Of a stretch of DNA of 64,000 nucleotides, positions 29,740 through 41,334 are shown one piece after another (the stretch's first letter is position 1; the number at the start of each line of letters is the position of its first letter). Source of the DNA: Pseudomonadota bacterium (lineage in GTDB: Bacteria; Pseudomonadota; Gammaproteobacteria; Burkholderiales; JABEVD01). The notes under the pieces were generated by a model, which worked only from the letters and a program-made list of their open reading frames with translations, was not told where the DNA came from and did no database searches. The stretch covers positions 41,412-105,411 of the forward strand of contig JAJZQY010000003.1 in the NCBI GenBank assembly GCA_021806605.1, written 5' to 3'. A program made the position numbers and the translations under genes.

Positions 29740-29911
29740 CATCCAGTAGCACCCAGATCGCCACCATTAGCGCCGGATAAGTCTTTTCCCGCTTAGGGAT
29801 TGGGCTGTCGTTTTCAGCCATGCATGGCGCAGGGATTCCCTTTGTTCCGGAAAGCGGAGACCATTCGAAGAATTGCAACAATTCGGCGCTACCATGATTA
29901 AAGGGGAAATC

Positions 29912-31249
29912 ATGTCTGTCAAAACAATAACACGGCTCGAAATTGCCATGCTGCTGGTGTCCGGCCTCCACACGGGGGCAGCACGGGCGGACGATACCGG
30001 GCAGCCCCAGCCCGCAGACGAATCCTGGGGGCTGCATGTCCAGGCCACGAACGTCAGCCAATGGCACCCTGCCTTCAATGCGCTCTATTCGGGGCAGAAC
30101 AGCCTAAATCCTGCAGCCGACAGCAATGAAACTTCCGATGTTACGCTCTTCGCCGGAACCAGAGTCTGGGGCGGAGAGCTCTGGATTAATCCGGAGATCG
30201 ATCAGGGTTTCGGCCTCTCCAACACCCTCGGCATGGCAGGCTATTCGAGCGGAGAAGCCTACAAGGTCGGGGCAAATGCCCCCTACCAGCGCCTTCCCAG
30301 GCTCTTCTACAGGAAGACGATCAATCTCGGCGGGGAGATGCAGCAGGTCGAATCCGGCCTGAACCAGCTGGCAGGCAGCCAGTCGGCTGACAACGTCATC
30401 CTGACCATGGGCAAGTTTTCTGTCGTCGACGTTTTCGACACCAATACCTATGCTCATGATCCCAGGGCTGACTTCATGAACTGGTCGGTCATCGAATCAG
30501 GCGCATTCGATTATGCTGCGGATGCCTGGGGGTATACCTATGGCGCATCTGCAGAATGGACGCAATCGCGCTGGACGCTGAGAGGGGGGGTCTTCGCCCT
30601 TTCCAAAACGCCGAACAGCACCAAGATCGATCCGACATTCAACCAGCACGAATATGTGGGCGAGATCGAGGAGCGGCACAAGCTGTTCGGGCATGACGGG
30701 AAGCTCAAGCTGCTCGGATTCGTCAACGACGGCTTGATGGGCAGCTATGCCGACGCATTGAGATTGGCAAGCCAGACGAATTCGACGCCCGATACGGCGC
30801 TGGTCAGGCGAGGCAACACCAATTCCGGGTTCGCGCTCAACCTCGAACAGGAGCTGACCTCCGATCTTGGCGCGTTCGCCCGCGCAAGCTACAACGACGG
30901 AGCAGAACAGGCATTCGACTTCACCGAAATCAACCGCTCTGTTGCCGCCGGGATTTCTCTCAAGGGCGGCAGCTGGAGTCGGCCTGGGGACACTTTCGGC
31001 TTCGCCGCCGTGGCCAACGGGCTTTCGGGCGCCGCTCGAGACTATTTCGCGGCAGGCGGAATGGGCATCCTGATCGGCGACGGGGCGCTCAATTATGGCC
31101 TGGAAAAGATCGTGGAAACCTATTATTCGCTTCAGGCAACCCGCAATTTCTTCGTCACTTTCGACTATCAGTATGTGGTCAACCCTGCCTACAACCAGGA
31201 TCGCGGCCCCGTGAACATTTATGGAATGCGGCTGCATTTCGAGTATTGA
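29912..31249 (+). CDS. carbohydrate-selective porin, OprB family
   Basis: Signal peptide, beta-strand alternation and the terminal motif ...YGMRLHFEY. ATG at 29912 behind AAAGGGGA. Confidence 0.85.
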   Translation: MSVKTITRLEIAMLLVSGLHTGAARADDTGQPQPADESWGLHVQATNVSQWHPAFNALYSGQNSLNPAADSNETSDVTLFAGTRVWGGELWINPEIDQGFGLSNTLGMAGYSSGEAYKVGANAPYQRLPRLFYRKTINLGGEMQQVESGLNQLAGSQSADNVILTMGKFSVVDVFDTNTYAHDPRADFMNWSVIESGAFDYAADAWGYTYGASAEWTQSRWTLRGGVFALSKTPNSTKIDPTFNQHEYVGEIEERHKLFGHDGKLKLLGFVNDGLMGSYADALRLASQTNSTPDTALVRRGNTNSGFALNLEQELTSDLGAFARASYNDGAEQAFDFTEINRSVAAGISLKGGSWSRPGDTFGFAAVANGLSGAARDYFAAGGMGILIGDGALNYGLEKIVETYYSLQATRNFFVTFDYQYVVNPAYNQDRGPVNIYGMRLHFEY

Positions 31250-31387
31250 AGCCGGCAATGTCGGCCTGGCGGAAGAATGCCGTCGGTTGGCAGCGGGAAG
31301 CGTCAGTGCCGTTCAGCGATCGGCGGATTTCGCTTGCTTTTCGGCTCGGCATGTAGTAAGGTGCCTTAATATATTGAACCGTATTAG

Positions 31388-31903
31388 ATGGTGACGAATA
31401 TGCTTCTGCTCAAAGAATTGCCGACTTCGAAAAGCCTCGAGAAATTCCTCGCGCGCTATCCGGGCACCGACATCCAGGCGATTTCGGATTTCGTGAATCT
31501 GCTCCGCGCGGGCTCGGATATCTCCATCGCGCTTGACAGGATGCTGGCCCAGCACGGCCTGCTTCAGGGCAGGTGGTGGGTGCTCGTCCTCCTGCTGCGG
31601 CAGGATGACCTGACTTCGTCCCCAAGCGACCTCGCGGAAAAGGCCGGCGTCACCAAGGCGACCATGACCGGATTCATCGACGGCCTGGAGCGGGAAAAAT
31701 GGGTCGTCAGGCTTCCCGATCCTGTCGACAGAAGAAAATTCCTGATCCGCCTCACCGAGGCGGGCGAGCGGAAGCTCGATCAGGCCATTCCCGATTACAA
31801 CCGAAAGGTGAGCGCGCTCATGTCATCTCTTTCCGGGAGCCGGCGTGCAGAGATGATCGCCAGCCTCAGGATTCTGGCGGACAATCTGGATGTCATGAAG
31901 TGA
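31388..31903 (+). CDS. MarR family transcriptional regulator
   Basis: Winged HTH (SDLAEKAGVTKATMTGFIDGLEREKWVVRLPDPVDRRKFLIRLT). Confidence 0.85.
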   Translation: MVTNMLLLKELPTSKSLEKFLARYPGTDIQAISDFVNLLRAGSDISIALDRMLAQHGLLQGRWWVLVLLLRQDDLTSSPSDLAEKAGVTKATMTGFIDGLEREKWVVRLPDPVDRRKFLIRLTEAGERKLDQAIPDYNRKVSALMSSLSGSRRAEMIASLRILADNLDVMK

Positions 31904-31917
31904 ATTTTTTTGCCCAA

Positions 31918-33336
31918 ATGATTAGCTTCCGTACTATGAGCTGGATCGCAATGCTGGCCGCGTGGTCGCTCCTTTCCGGGTGCGCGGACTTTTCAGGCAT
32001 TGTCCCGGACGGGAAAATGATTTCGGAGAACGCGCTCGCTCCGGGCAAGGCGGTGCTTGCCGCAAGCCGGACAGCCTGGCCTGACGAAGCCTGGTGGAAA
32101 AGCTATCGCGACGCGCAGCTCGATTCACTCGTTTCGCGCGCCATATCGGGCAGCCCGGTACTGAAGACGGCAAAGGAGCGGATCGCGCTCGCCGAATCGA
32201 TGGCGAACGAACGCCATTCTGCGCTGTTTGCGCAAGGGGATTTCGGTGCTTCTTCGAGCCGGGATCGCTTCACTGCCCTGCAGTTCATACCCCCGCCGTG
32301 GGGCGGGCATACCGAATGGAACAACACCGCGGTTGCGTCCTTTTCCTACGATCTCGATCTGTGGGGGCGCCTCAGAAACGCATGGCAAGCCTCGATCGGC
32401 GAGGCTCGCGCGCAATCGGCGGAGGCGCAGGAAGTGCGCATCGAACTCGAGAATGCCGTCGTGCGAAGCTATATCCGGCTCGCCATGGAATATCACCTGC
32501 GCGATATTGCCGAGAAGCAGTATCTCGATCTGAAGCAGGGTGCGGAGATCGAGAAGAAGCGTCTGGAAGCAGGCATGGGGACGGAAATGGCGCTCAGCGA
32601 GGCGCAATCCGCGCTTCCTCTTGCGCTGGCAAAGATCGAAGCTGCCGATGCCAGGATCGCTTTCCTGAAAAGCGGTCTGGCTGCCCTTGCCGGAGAGGGC
32701 CCGGGAGCGGCAGACGGCATCACTCGGCCTGGCATGTCCCTGGACATGCCGGTCGGGCTGCCGGACAGGCTGCCTGCCAACCTGATAGGCAGAAGGCCGG
32801 ATGTGCGCGCATCGCGCTGGAGAGTGGAAGCGGCCGGCAGCAGAATCCGTTCGGCAAAGGCCGCCTTCTATCCGGACATCAACCTGGCAGCCGTGACCGG
32901 CTTCGAAGCGCTTGGATTCAGCCAGCTGCTGAGCAGTGCCGCCTTCCTGGCAGGAGCCGGCCCTGCGCTCTCGCTTCCCCTGTTCGACGGCGGGCAGCGC
33001 CGGGCGGGTCTGTCTGCGGCGAATGCCTCCTACGGCATCGCAGTGGACCAGTACAACGAAATGGTTGTCCGCGCCCTCAAGGAGGTCTCCGACCAGCTGG
33101 TATCCTACAGGACTGAAACCGGCAGGCTGGCCAAGGCGGAGCAGTCCCTGCGCCTTGCCAGGCACGCCAGCGCGCTTTCGATGCAGTCCTTCCGCGCCGG
33201 ACTCGCCAATTACCGGGGAGTTCTCGAATCCGAGAAAATCGCCCTGGAGCGGGAGGAGGCGCTCGCAATGATCCGCGACGAGAAACTCGAATCCTACGCA
33301 AGGCTCATGCTTGCGCTGGGCGGAGGAGCGAAATGA
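31918..33336 (+). CDS. efflux transporter outer-membrane lipoprotein, NodT/OprM family
   Basis: Lipobox LLSGC and a two-repeat OEP architecture (..RPDVRASRWRVEAA.., ..FYPDINL..). Alternative ATG at 31936. Confidence 0.88.
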   Translation: MISFRTMSWIAMLAAWSLLSGCADFSGIVPDGKMISENALAPGKAVLAASRTAWPDEAWWKSYRDAQLDSLVSRAISGSPVLKTAKERIALAESMANERHSALFAQGDFGASSSRDRFTALQFIPPPWGGHTEWNNTAVASFSYDLDLWGRLRNAWQASIGEARAQSAEAQEVRIELENAVVRSYIRLAMEYHLRDIAEKQYLDLKQGAEIEKKRLEAGMGTEMALSEAQSALPLALAKIEAADARIAFLKSGLAALAGEGPGAADGITRPGMSLDMPVGLPDRLPANLIGRRPDVRASRWRVEAAGSRIRSAKAAFYPDINLAAVTGFEALGFSQLLSSAAFLAGAGPALSLPLFDGGQRRAGLSAANASYGIAVDQYNEMVVRALKEVSDQLVSYRTETGRLAKAEQSLRLARHASALSMQSFRAGLANYRGVLESEKIALEREEALAMIRDEKLESYARLMLALGGGAK

Positions 33337-35402
33337 GCGGCGCGCAGGCATTCACGGATTTTCGCGCCGCCTGGCGCGACTGGGCGAAGTCGGATGTCCC
33401 CCGCTTCGGATATCTGGCCAAGGTGCTGATCGCCTGCCTCTGCGCAATGTGGATCTCCATGCTGCTCGATCTGGGGCAGCCGAGGACCGCCATGGTCACC
33501 GTAGCCATCGTCATGCAGAGTCATTCGGGGATGGTTCTCGCCAAGAGCTACTATCGCCTGATAGGCACCGTCGCAGGCGTATTGGCTTCGCTTCTTCTGG
33601 TCGGGCTTTTTGCCCAGGAGCGGGTGCCGTTTCTGGCCAGCATGGCGATCTGGATAGGGATCTGCACCGCGGGGTCGGTGATCTTGCGCAACCATCAATC
33701 CTATGCCTTCGTTCTGGCCGGCTACACGCTTTGCATAGTCGGCCTGCCAGCCGCTTCACAGCCGGACAGGGCATTCGACATCGCAGCGGGCAGGGTTTCC
33801 GAAATCATGATCGGCCTGCTGTGCGCGACACTGGTCAGCGAACTGGTGTTCCCGAAACGGATCGGCAGCGTGATGCTCGATTCGGCAAGACGCCGCTTTT
33901 CCGACTTCAGCATCATGGTGGCATCGTCATCGCCAGACGATGCGGAATACCGTTCGGGCCTGATGAAGCTGATGGGCGACATCTTCAGCCTGGAGGCGTT
34001 CCGCGCATCGTCCGTCCTGGAAAGCGACGATTCCCGCTCCTACCGCCTGAGGCTGGGAAGAATGAATGCCGAATTCATGGAAGCGACGACCGCCTTCCAT
34101 GCTCTCGGGAGTCTGTTGCGGCGGCAGAGACGATCGGGGCTGAATGCCACTGCCGATGCGCTTTCCGGGATTCACGGGAAGATCGGAGAGATGCTGGCGC
34201 CAAGAGGGCTCCCGGCCGCTAACGAAAGGGAGGCGGCCGAGGCCGCGGCGAGACTTTCGGCATTGCGTGCCGGCCTTGACGATGAGCTCGCGGTTGCGAA
34301 AAAAGACGCAGATACTGAAAGGATAGATTTCGACGTGGGAGCGGATCTTCTCGGGCGTCTTCTGGACGATCTCATCGCCTATGCCAGAACCTATGCCGCG
34401 CTCTCCAGGAAGCGCAACGATGCGGAGGCGCCTTCGCTGGGCGTGCATTTCGATCCGCTCGCTGTCGCGCTTGCGGGAATGCGCGGCGCGCTCATGCTCG
34501 CCATCATGGCGTCGATCTGGATTTATGGCGAATGGGGTTCCGGCATCGAAGCGGTGACATTGGGCGTGGTTTCCAGCACCCTGTTCGCCACTTCGCCTGC
34601 GCCGACGCACACAAATCGGCAATTCCTGATCGGCGCGCTGATCGGTGCGGCGTTCGCCTACTGGACGAATTTCCATCTGCTCAATCATGCACAGGGTTTT
34701 GTCATGCTGGCCCTCGCAGTCGCTCCCGGAATCGCCATGGCCGCATGGCTGACGACAAGGCCGGAAGGAGCGGTAATCGGCGCAGGCTTCTTTATCGTCT
34801 TCCTGATGCATTTCGGATTCGGCTCGGCTTACAGCGCGGACCCCGCGGCATTCATGAACGATGTCATCGCTGACATCTTCGCCATAACGCTCTCGGGGAT
34901 ACTGTACGCCTTGATCGACCTGGGCGGGAGCCGCTGGACGAGGCGCAGGACCGTTCAACGCCTGAAAAGGCTGGTGATCGGCGCATGCCGGGAGCCGATG
35001 CCGCTCAGGCGAGAGAAGCTCGAATTAGGCGCCCGCGATCTCGTTTACCGCTCGGGAAGCATCAGGCGAATCGCGGATGAAGAGGACCGGATCGTGGTCG
35101 AATGGCTGCTCCATGCTCTGGAAATAGGCCATGCCGTGATCGCTTTGCGGGAGCTGGTCGAGCAGGGGGGCGATCGGAAATTGCAGCGCCAGGTTCGGGA
35201 AGCGCTCGAATCTGTCGCCCTGTTTTTCGAGTCGCCCTCGGAAAAGGCGCACCTTGCGGCAATCCGGGCGCTGGATGCGGCGTTTCTCGGCTGTGCCGTG
35301 GCGGGCGATGCGGCAGGCAGAAAGGCGCGGCTTCATCTGCATTTCCTGAAAGCCGCCATCCTGGATCAGGATTCGTTTCTTTCCGGGGAGGAGGCGGCAT
35401 GA
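33333..35402 (+). CDS. FUSC family efflux protein (fusaric acid resistance / AaeB-like)
   Basis: 689 aa with two polytopic halves separated by a cytoplasmic helical domain, typical of FusC/AaeB. Overlaps the OMF stop by 4 nt. Confidence 0.88.
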   Translation: MSGAQAFTDFRAAWRDWAKSDVPRFGYLAKVLIACLCAMWISMLLDLGQPRTAMVTVAIVMQSHSGMVLAKSYYRLIGTVAGVLASLLLVGLFAQERVPFLASMAIWIGICTAGSVILRNHQSYAFVLAGYTLCIVGLPAASQPDRAFDIAAGRVSEIMIGLLCATLVSELVFPKRIGSVMLDSARRRFSDFSIMVASSSPDDAEYRSGLMKLMGDIFSLEAFRASSVLESDDSRSYRLRLGRMNAEFMEATTAFHALGSLLRRQRRSGLNATADALSGIHGKIGEMLAPRGLPAANEREAAEAAARLSALRAGLDDELAVAKKDADTERIDFDVGADLLGRLLDDLIAYARTYAALSRKRNDAEAPSLGVHFDPLAVALAGMRGALMLAIMASIWIYGEWGSGIEAVTLGVVSSTLFATSPAPTHTNRQFLIGALIGAAFAYWTNFHLLNHAQGFVMLALAVAPGIAMAAWLTTRPEGAVIGAGFFIVFLMHFGFGSAYSADPAAFMNDVIADIFAITLSGILYALIDLGGSRWTRRRTVQRLKRLVIGACREPMPLRREKLELGARDLVYRSGSIRRIADEEDRIVVEWLLHALEIGHAVIALRELVEQGGDRKLQRQVREALESVALFFESPSEKAHLAAIRALDAAFLGCAVAGDAAGRKARLHLHFLKAAILDQDSFLSGEEAA

Positions 35403-35602
35403 TCATGCCGAGGGAAGTCGAATTTCTCGGCGCGACCTTTCCGGCCCTGGTTCCGGCTTTCCTGGCCGCAGGAATCATCATGCTGGCCCTGGACAGGATT
35501 TTCGCAATCTCAGGCCTGTACCGCAGGGTCTGGTACCCGTCGCTCTTCAGATTCGCCCTGTTCGTCAGCCTGTTCTCCGGGATGGGACTGGTCATTTATT
35601 GA
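35399..35602 (+). CDS. DUF1656 small membrane protein (AaeX-like)
   Basis: 67 aa, two TM helices. ATGA overlap with the FUSC stop. This is the conserved position between aaeB-like and aaeA-like genes. Confidence 0.75.
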   Translation: MIMPREVEFLGATFPALVPAFLAAGIIMLALDRIFAISGLYRRVWYPSLFRFALFVSLFSGMGLVIY

Positions 35603-35613
35603 AAGGATGTGAA

Positions 35614-36510
35614 ATGCAAACGAATCGAGCAAAACTCTCCAGGCTGGCAATCACGATGACATTGGTCATCGCCGCGCTCTCGCTCGGCCGGATGCTCTGG
35701 GTTCGCTACATGGATTCGCCCTGGACCAGGGACGGGCGCGTTCGGGCCGACGTGGTCGAGATTGCGCCCGACGTTGCCGGTCTGGTCGTGCAGGTCGCCG
35801 TGCACGACAACCAGCATGTCAGGAAGGGCGACTTGCTGTTTGCGATCGATCCGGAGCATTACCGCAATGCACTCGACGCGGCTCAAGCCCTGACCGATGA
35901 AAGAAAAGCGGAGCTCGACATGAAGCTGGACGAGGCGAAGCGCAGAGCCAGCGTCGACGACAGCGTCGTGTCCAGGGAAGAGCGGCAGGATGCGCGGCTC
36001 GCGGCAGCCGGGGCGAAGGCCAGGTACCTCGAAGCGCAAGCCATGCGTGACCAGGCAAGGCTGAATCTCGATCGCACCCAGGTTCGCTCTCCCGTCGACG
36101 GATGGGTATCCAATCTTCTCGTCAGGCCGGGCGATTATGCCCATGCCGGCACCGCCGAACTGGCGGTGATCGATCAGCATTCGTTCTGGGTCTACGGCTA
36201 TTTCGAGGAGAACAAGGTCGCGCTGATGAAGATCGGCGACCCTGCCCGAATCAGGCTGCTCGGGTCGGGGCAGGCCGTTTCCGGCCATGTCGAGAGCATT
36301 GCGCACGGCATCTCCGACCGGGACAATCCGAGCGATCCGCATCTTCTTGCGAACGTCAATCCGAGCTTCAACTGGGTGCGCCTCGCCCAGCGCGTTCCGG
36401 TGCGGATCAGGCTGGATGCCGCTCAGGGCAATCAGCCGCTCGTGGCGGGGATGACCTGCACTGTCGTCGTCGAGCCGAGCCGCAATGGCCGGGCGGCGGG
36501 GACTCGCTAG
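35614..36510 (+). CDS. HlyD-family periplasmic adaptor (AaeA-like)
   Basis: N-terminal TM, barrel-sandwich/lipoyl motifs (VAGLVVQVAVHDNQHVRKGDLLFAID, VRSPVDGWVSNL). Confidence 0.88.
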   Translation: MQTNRAKLSRLAITMTLVIAALSLGRMLWVRYMDSPWTRDGRVRADVVEIAPDVAGLVVQVAVHDNQHVRKGDLLFAIDPEHYRNALDAAQALTDERKAELDMKLDEAKRRASVDDSVVSREERQDARLAAAGAKARYLEAQAMRDQARLNLDRTQVRSPVDGWVSNLLVRPGDYAHAGTAELAVIDQHSFWVYGYFEENKVALMKIGDPARIRLLGSGQAVSGHVESIAHGISDRDNPSDPHLLANVNPSFNWVRLAQRVPVRIRLDAAQGNQPLVAGMTCTVVVEPSRNGRAAGTR

Positions 36511-36630
36511 CGGCGTGGAGTTTTTTTCTACAGAAGTCCTTGCCTAATTTGATGCTGATTCGGCAAGGCCGGTCCTTAGGTCAGTGAAATAATTCTTTTA
36601 AAGTGAACGTAACTTGCGTATAGTTGTCCT

Positions 36631-36969
36631 ATGAAAGCCTTGTTTGTGGAATTGCCCGCCTTTTCTCGATACAGGGCGGACTATCTTGATGAAGAGGATT
36701 TCCGCGCCCTGCAAATCGAGCTGATGGATAACCCGGAAAAGGGCGATGTTGTCGAGGGAACGGGAGGCTTGCGGAAACTTCGTCGTCCGGATCCGAAACG
36801 AGGAAAGGGCAAGCGTGGCGGGTTGAGAGTGATTTATTTCTGGTGGGAAGCTGGAAGGCAATTCTGGCTGTTCACCCTATACGGCAAGGATGAAATGGAG
36901 GACTTGAGCGCCAGGGAAAAAGGACTGCTCAAGGACATGCTGAAGCGAGAATTGGAGGCAAGACGATGA
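36631..36969 (+). CDS. higB: type II toxin, RelE/ParE superfamily (HigB-2-like)
   Basis: 112 aa with GGLRKLR...GKGKRGGLRVIYFW...FWLFTLYGKDEMEDL, characteristic of HigB-2-type toxins. Lies upstream of, and overlaps by 4 nt, an HTH antitoxin gene. Confidence 0.8.
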   Translation: MKALFVELPAFSRYRADYLDEEDFRALQIELMDNPEKGDVVEGTGGLRKLRRPDPKRGKGKRGGLRVIYFWWEAGRQFWLFTLYGKDEMEDLSAREKGLLKDMLKRELEARR

Positions 36970-37280
36970 AGAAGCGCAACCTTTTTGCGGAGCTTTCAGA
37001 AGGCTTCGACGCACTGGCCGAAGAACGTGCCGGAAAGCGCACCTTGCGCACCCATGAGATCGAGGCAAAACCCCAGGCGACTGTCACGGCGGAAGAGCTG
37101 GTCGCGCTGCGTGAACGGCTGCATCTATCCCGACCTGTTTTCGCCAGCTATCTTCGCACCAATCCCCGCACCCTGGAAAACTGGGAGCAGGGGCGGGCAC
37201 AGCCGAACGCACAGGCTGTATTGCTGATTCGTCTTGTAGAACGCTACCCGGACACGGTAGAGAGGTTGGCGACAGTATGA
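36966..37280 (+). CDS. higA: HTH (Xre-type) antitoxin, HigA-2-like
   Basis: 104 aa with LSRPVFASYLRTNPRTLENWEQGRAQPNAQAVLLIRLVERYPDTV. Confidence 0.8.
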   Translation: MKKRNLFAELSEGFDALAEERAGKRTLRTHEIEAKPQATVTAEELVALRERLHLSRPVFASYLRTNPRTLENWEQGRAQPNAQAVLLIRLVERYPDTVERLATV

Positions 37281-37402
37281 CCAGAAAGCATAACCCGCCG
37301 CACCCCGATTTGACCCTGCGCGATGACGTGTTGCCTGTCCTAAATTTGAGAATGTGCTGGGTTTGTCACATTTTAGGCACACCGTCAAAACAAAAGGGCT
37401 AG
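37277..37402 (+). pseudogene. possible remnant of a second HigA/VapI-type antitoxin (first ~25 codons only)
   Basis: 41-codon ORF with an ATGA overlap on the higA stop. MTRKHNPPHPDLTLRDDVLPVLNL resembles the h-P-x-P-G-x-x-L-x-E-x-L N-terminus of HigA/VapI proteins, but the HTH part is missing. Confidence 0.25.
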
Positions 37403-37420
37403 CATAATCGCTAACCCTTT
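37386..37420 (-). terminator. rho-independent terminator downstream of the tRNA
   Basis: The minus strand reads AAAGGGUUAGC-GAUUAU-GCUAGCCCUUU followed by UGUUUUG. Confidence 0.55.
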
Positions 37421-37427
37421 ATTCTAT

Positions 37428-37504
<77 letters not shown>

Positions 37505-37587
37505 GAAACTTTATTGTTATTTCATCATTCCCTTGCATCAGGCCTCGTTGTGGCTGCGACATGACCTGAAGGTCAGGCAGCTATGCA

Positions 37588-37608
37588 ATGAAGCCTGAAC
37601 CTTTCGGC

Positions 37609-37619
<11 letters not shown>
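37588..37619 (-). terminator. 11-bp perfect hairpin spanning the rpoD stop codon (possible attenuator/processing site)
   Basis: The minus strand reads AUGAAGCCUGA-GCCGAAAGGU-UCAGGCUUCAU. There is no U-run, so it is not a canonical terminator. Confidence 0.3.
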
Positions 37620-39504
<1,885 letters not shown>

Positions 39505-39536
39505 ACCCTGTCAAGAATGCGTAGTAAAACTGCGCA

Positions 39537-41318
39537 TTATACCCTAAATTCTCCCCCGTTTTCGCTTTTCTGAAACAAATTTAACCGCTGCTGCAGGCTC
39601 AGATATTCCGCCTTCACGGCTTCCGTCCATCCGGAAGAATTCGCCGCGTCGAGCAGCCTGTCCATTCTGGCCCTGCAGAGCCGCTCCTGGTACTGCTTCC
39701 AGGCGTCGATGAATTCTCTCTCCAGCTCTTCCTCGTTCAGGCTGGCTTCTTCCAGGCGGAAAAGTCCCGGCCTGATTTCATCGAGGAGCGCATCCATCGC
39801 GCTTCCCCTGAAATGCTCCATGATCGCCGCGGTGCCGACCGCGCTTTCTTCCGCGAGGAAGTCCAGAAGCCCGGCCAGGGCGGCGGCTTCGCTGCTCCCG
39901 GTTCCGGCGACGCTTTCCAGGGGAGCGATCTCTCCCCTATCCACAAGTGTAGCAAGCGCGGGAGAATGCATGAGCATTTCGAGCAGCTTCCTGACCACAT
40001 CGGGTTTCTTGCCAACGTTTTTTCTGGGGGGGATTCTTTCTGACCTTCTGGACGATTGGACCTGGAAAAGGGATTCGAGTTCCGCAAGCTCGATTCTGGC
40101 GATCTGGGCGATGCGTTTTCTCAGCATCAGTCCGAGATTGGGCGCCTTCACTTCCGAAATGAGGGGCCTTGCCTCGTGGAGAAAGCGCGCACGCCCCTCC
40201 TCGCTGTTGAGATTCGCCTTCGCGGAAAGCTCGTTGACCAGGAAGGTGGAAAGCGGCAGCGCTTCTTCGAGCAGGGCTTCGAGCGCTTCTCTGCCGCGGC
40301 TTCTGACGAAGCTGTCCGGATCTTCTCCCTGGGGAAGGAAAAGGAAGGAAATGTCCTTTCCGTCGGCAAGCAGGGAGAGGCTATTCTCCAGCGCGCGCCA
40401 TGCCGCGCGCCTGCCGGCATTGTCTCCGTCGAAGCAGAAAAACACATGGTCCGACTGGCGCATCAGCTTCTGCACATGGACCTGGGTGGTTGCGGTTCCC
40501 AGGGTGGCGACGGCGTAGTGGATGCCGTTCTGGGCGAGCGCAACCACGTCCATGTAGCCTTCCACCACCAGGACTTTCGATGCGTCCTGGATCGCCCGCC
40601 GCGCCTGAAAGAGGCCGTAAAGCTCGCGACCCTTCTCGAAAAGCGGAGTTTCGGGGGAATTCAGGTATTTGGGTTCGCCTGCTCCGAGAACCCTTCCCCC
40701 GAAGCCGATGATCCTTCCCCTGGCGTCGAGTATCGGGAACATGATCCTGTCCCTGAAGCGGTCGTAGCGCTTGCCTTCGCCTGAAATGACGAGCCCCGCC
40801 TCGACAAGCTGCTCCGAATCGTAATCGGGGAAAACCTTCGCGAGATTGCGCCAGTCGGAAGGCGCGTAGCCTATCCCGAAATGCGCGGCGATTTCGCCCG
40901 AGAGCCCGCGCTTCTTGAGGTAATCTATCGCCGCTGCGGATTTCTTGAGTTCTTCCCGGTAGTATTTCGTCGCCTGCTGCATGATCCCGAAAAGATCGGG
41001 AGCGGTTTTTACGGGCCGGCTTCCGGCTTCTTCGGGAACTGCAAGGCCGAGACTCCCGGCGAGATCCCTGATGGCTTCGACGTAATTCAGCCCGCCGTAG
41101 GCCATGACGAATCCAATCGCGTTGCCGTGCGCGCCGCAGCCGAAGCAGTGGTAGAACTGCTTGGTCGGGCTCACCGTGAAGGAAGGGGTTTTTTCGTCGT
41201 GGAAGGGGCAGCAGGCCTGGTAGTTGGTGCCGGCCTTCTTCAGCGGGACATGGCGGCCCACGACATCGACGATGTCGATCCGGTTGAGCAGGTTCTGGAT
41301 GAAGGATTGCGGAATCAT
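39537..41318 (-). CDS. dnaG: DNA primase
   Basis: Zinc finger CPFHDEKTPSFTVSPTKQFYHCFGCGAHGN and a Toprim domain (VVEGYMDVVAL). Confidence 0.95.
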   Translation of the reverse strand: MIPQSFIQNLLNRIDIVDVVGRHVPLKKAGTNYQACCPFHDEKTPSFTVSPTKQFYHCFGCGAHGNAIGFVMAYGGLNYVEAIRDLAGSLGLAVPEEAGSRPVKTAPDLFGIMQQATKYYREELKKSAAAIDYLKKRGLSGEIAAHFGIGYAPSDWRNLAKVFPDYDSEQLVEAGLVISGEGKRYDRFRDRIMFPILDARGRIIGFGGRVLGAGEPKYLNSPETPLFEKGRELYGLFQARRAIQDASKVLVVEGYMDVVALAQNGIHYAVATLGTATTQVHVQKLMRQSDHVFFCFDGDNAGRRAAWRALENSLSLLADGKDISFLFLPQGEDPDSFVRSRGREALEALLEEALPLSTFLVNELSAKANLNSEEGRARFLHEARPLISEVKAPNLGLMLRKRIAQIARIELAELESLFQVQSSRRSERIPPRKNVGKKPDVVRKLLEMLMHSPALATLVDRGEIAPLESVAGTGSSEAAALAGLLDFLAEESAVGTAAIMEHFRGSAMDALLDEIRPGLFRLEEASLNEEELEREFIDAWKQYQERLCRARMDRLLDAANSSGWTEAVKAEYLSLQQRLNLFQKSENGGEFRV

Positions 41319-41334
41319 TGCCCGCAGGGGAGGG

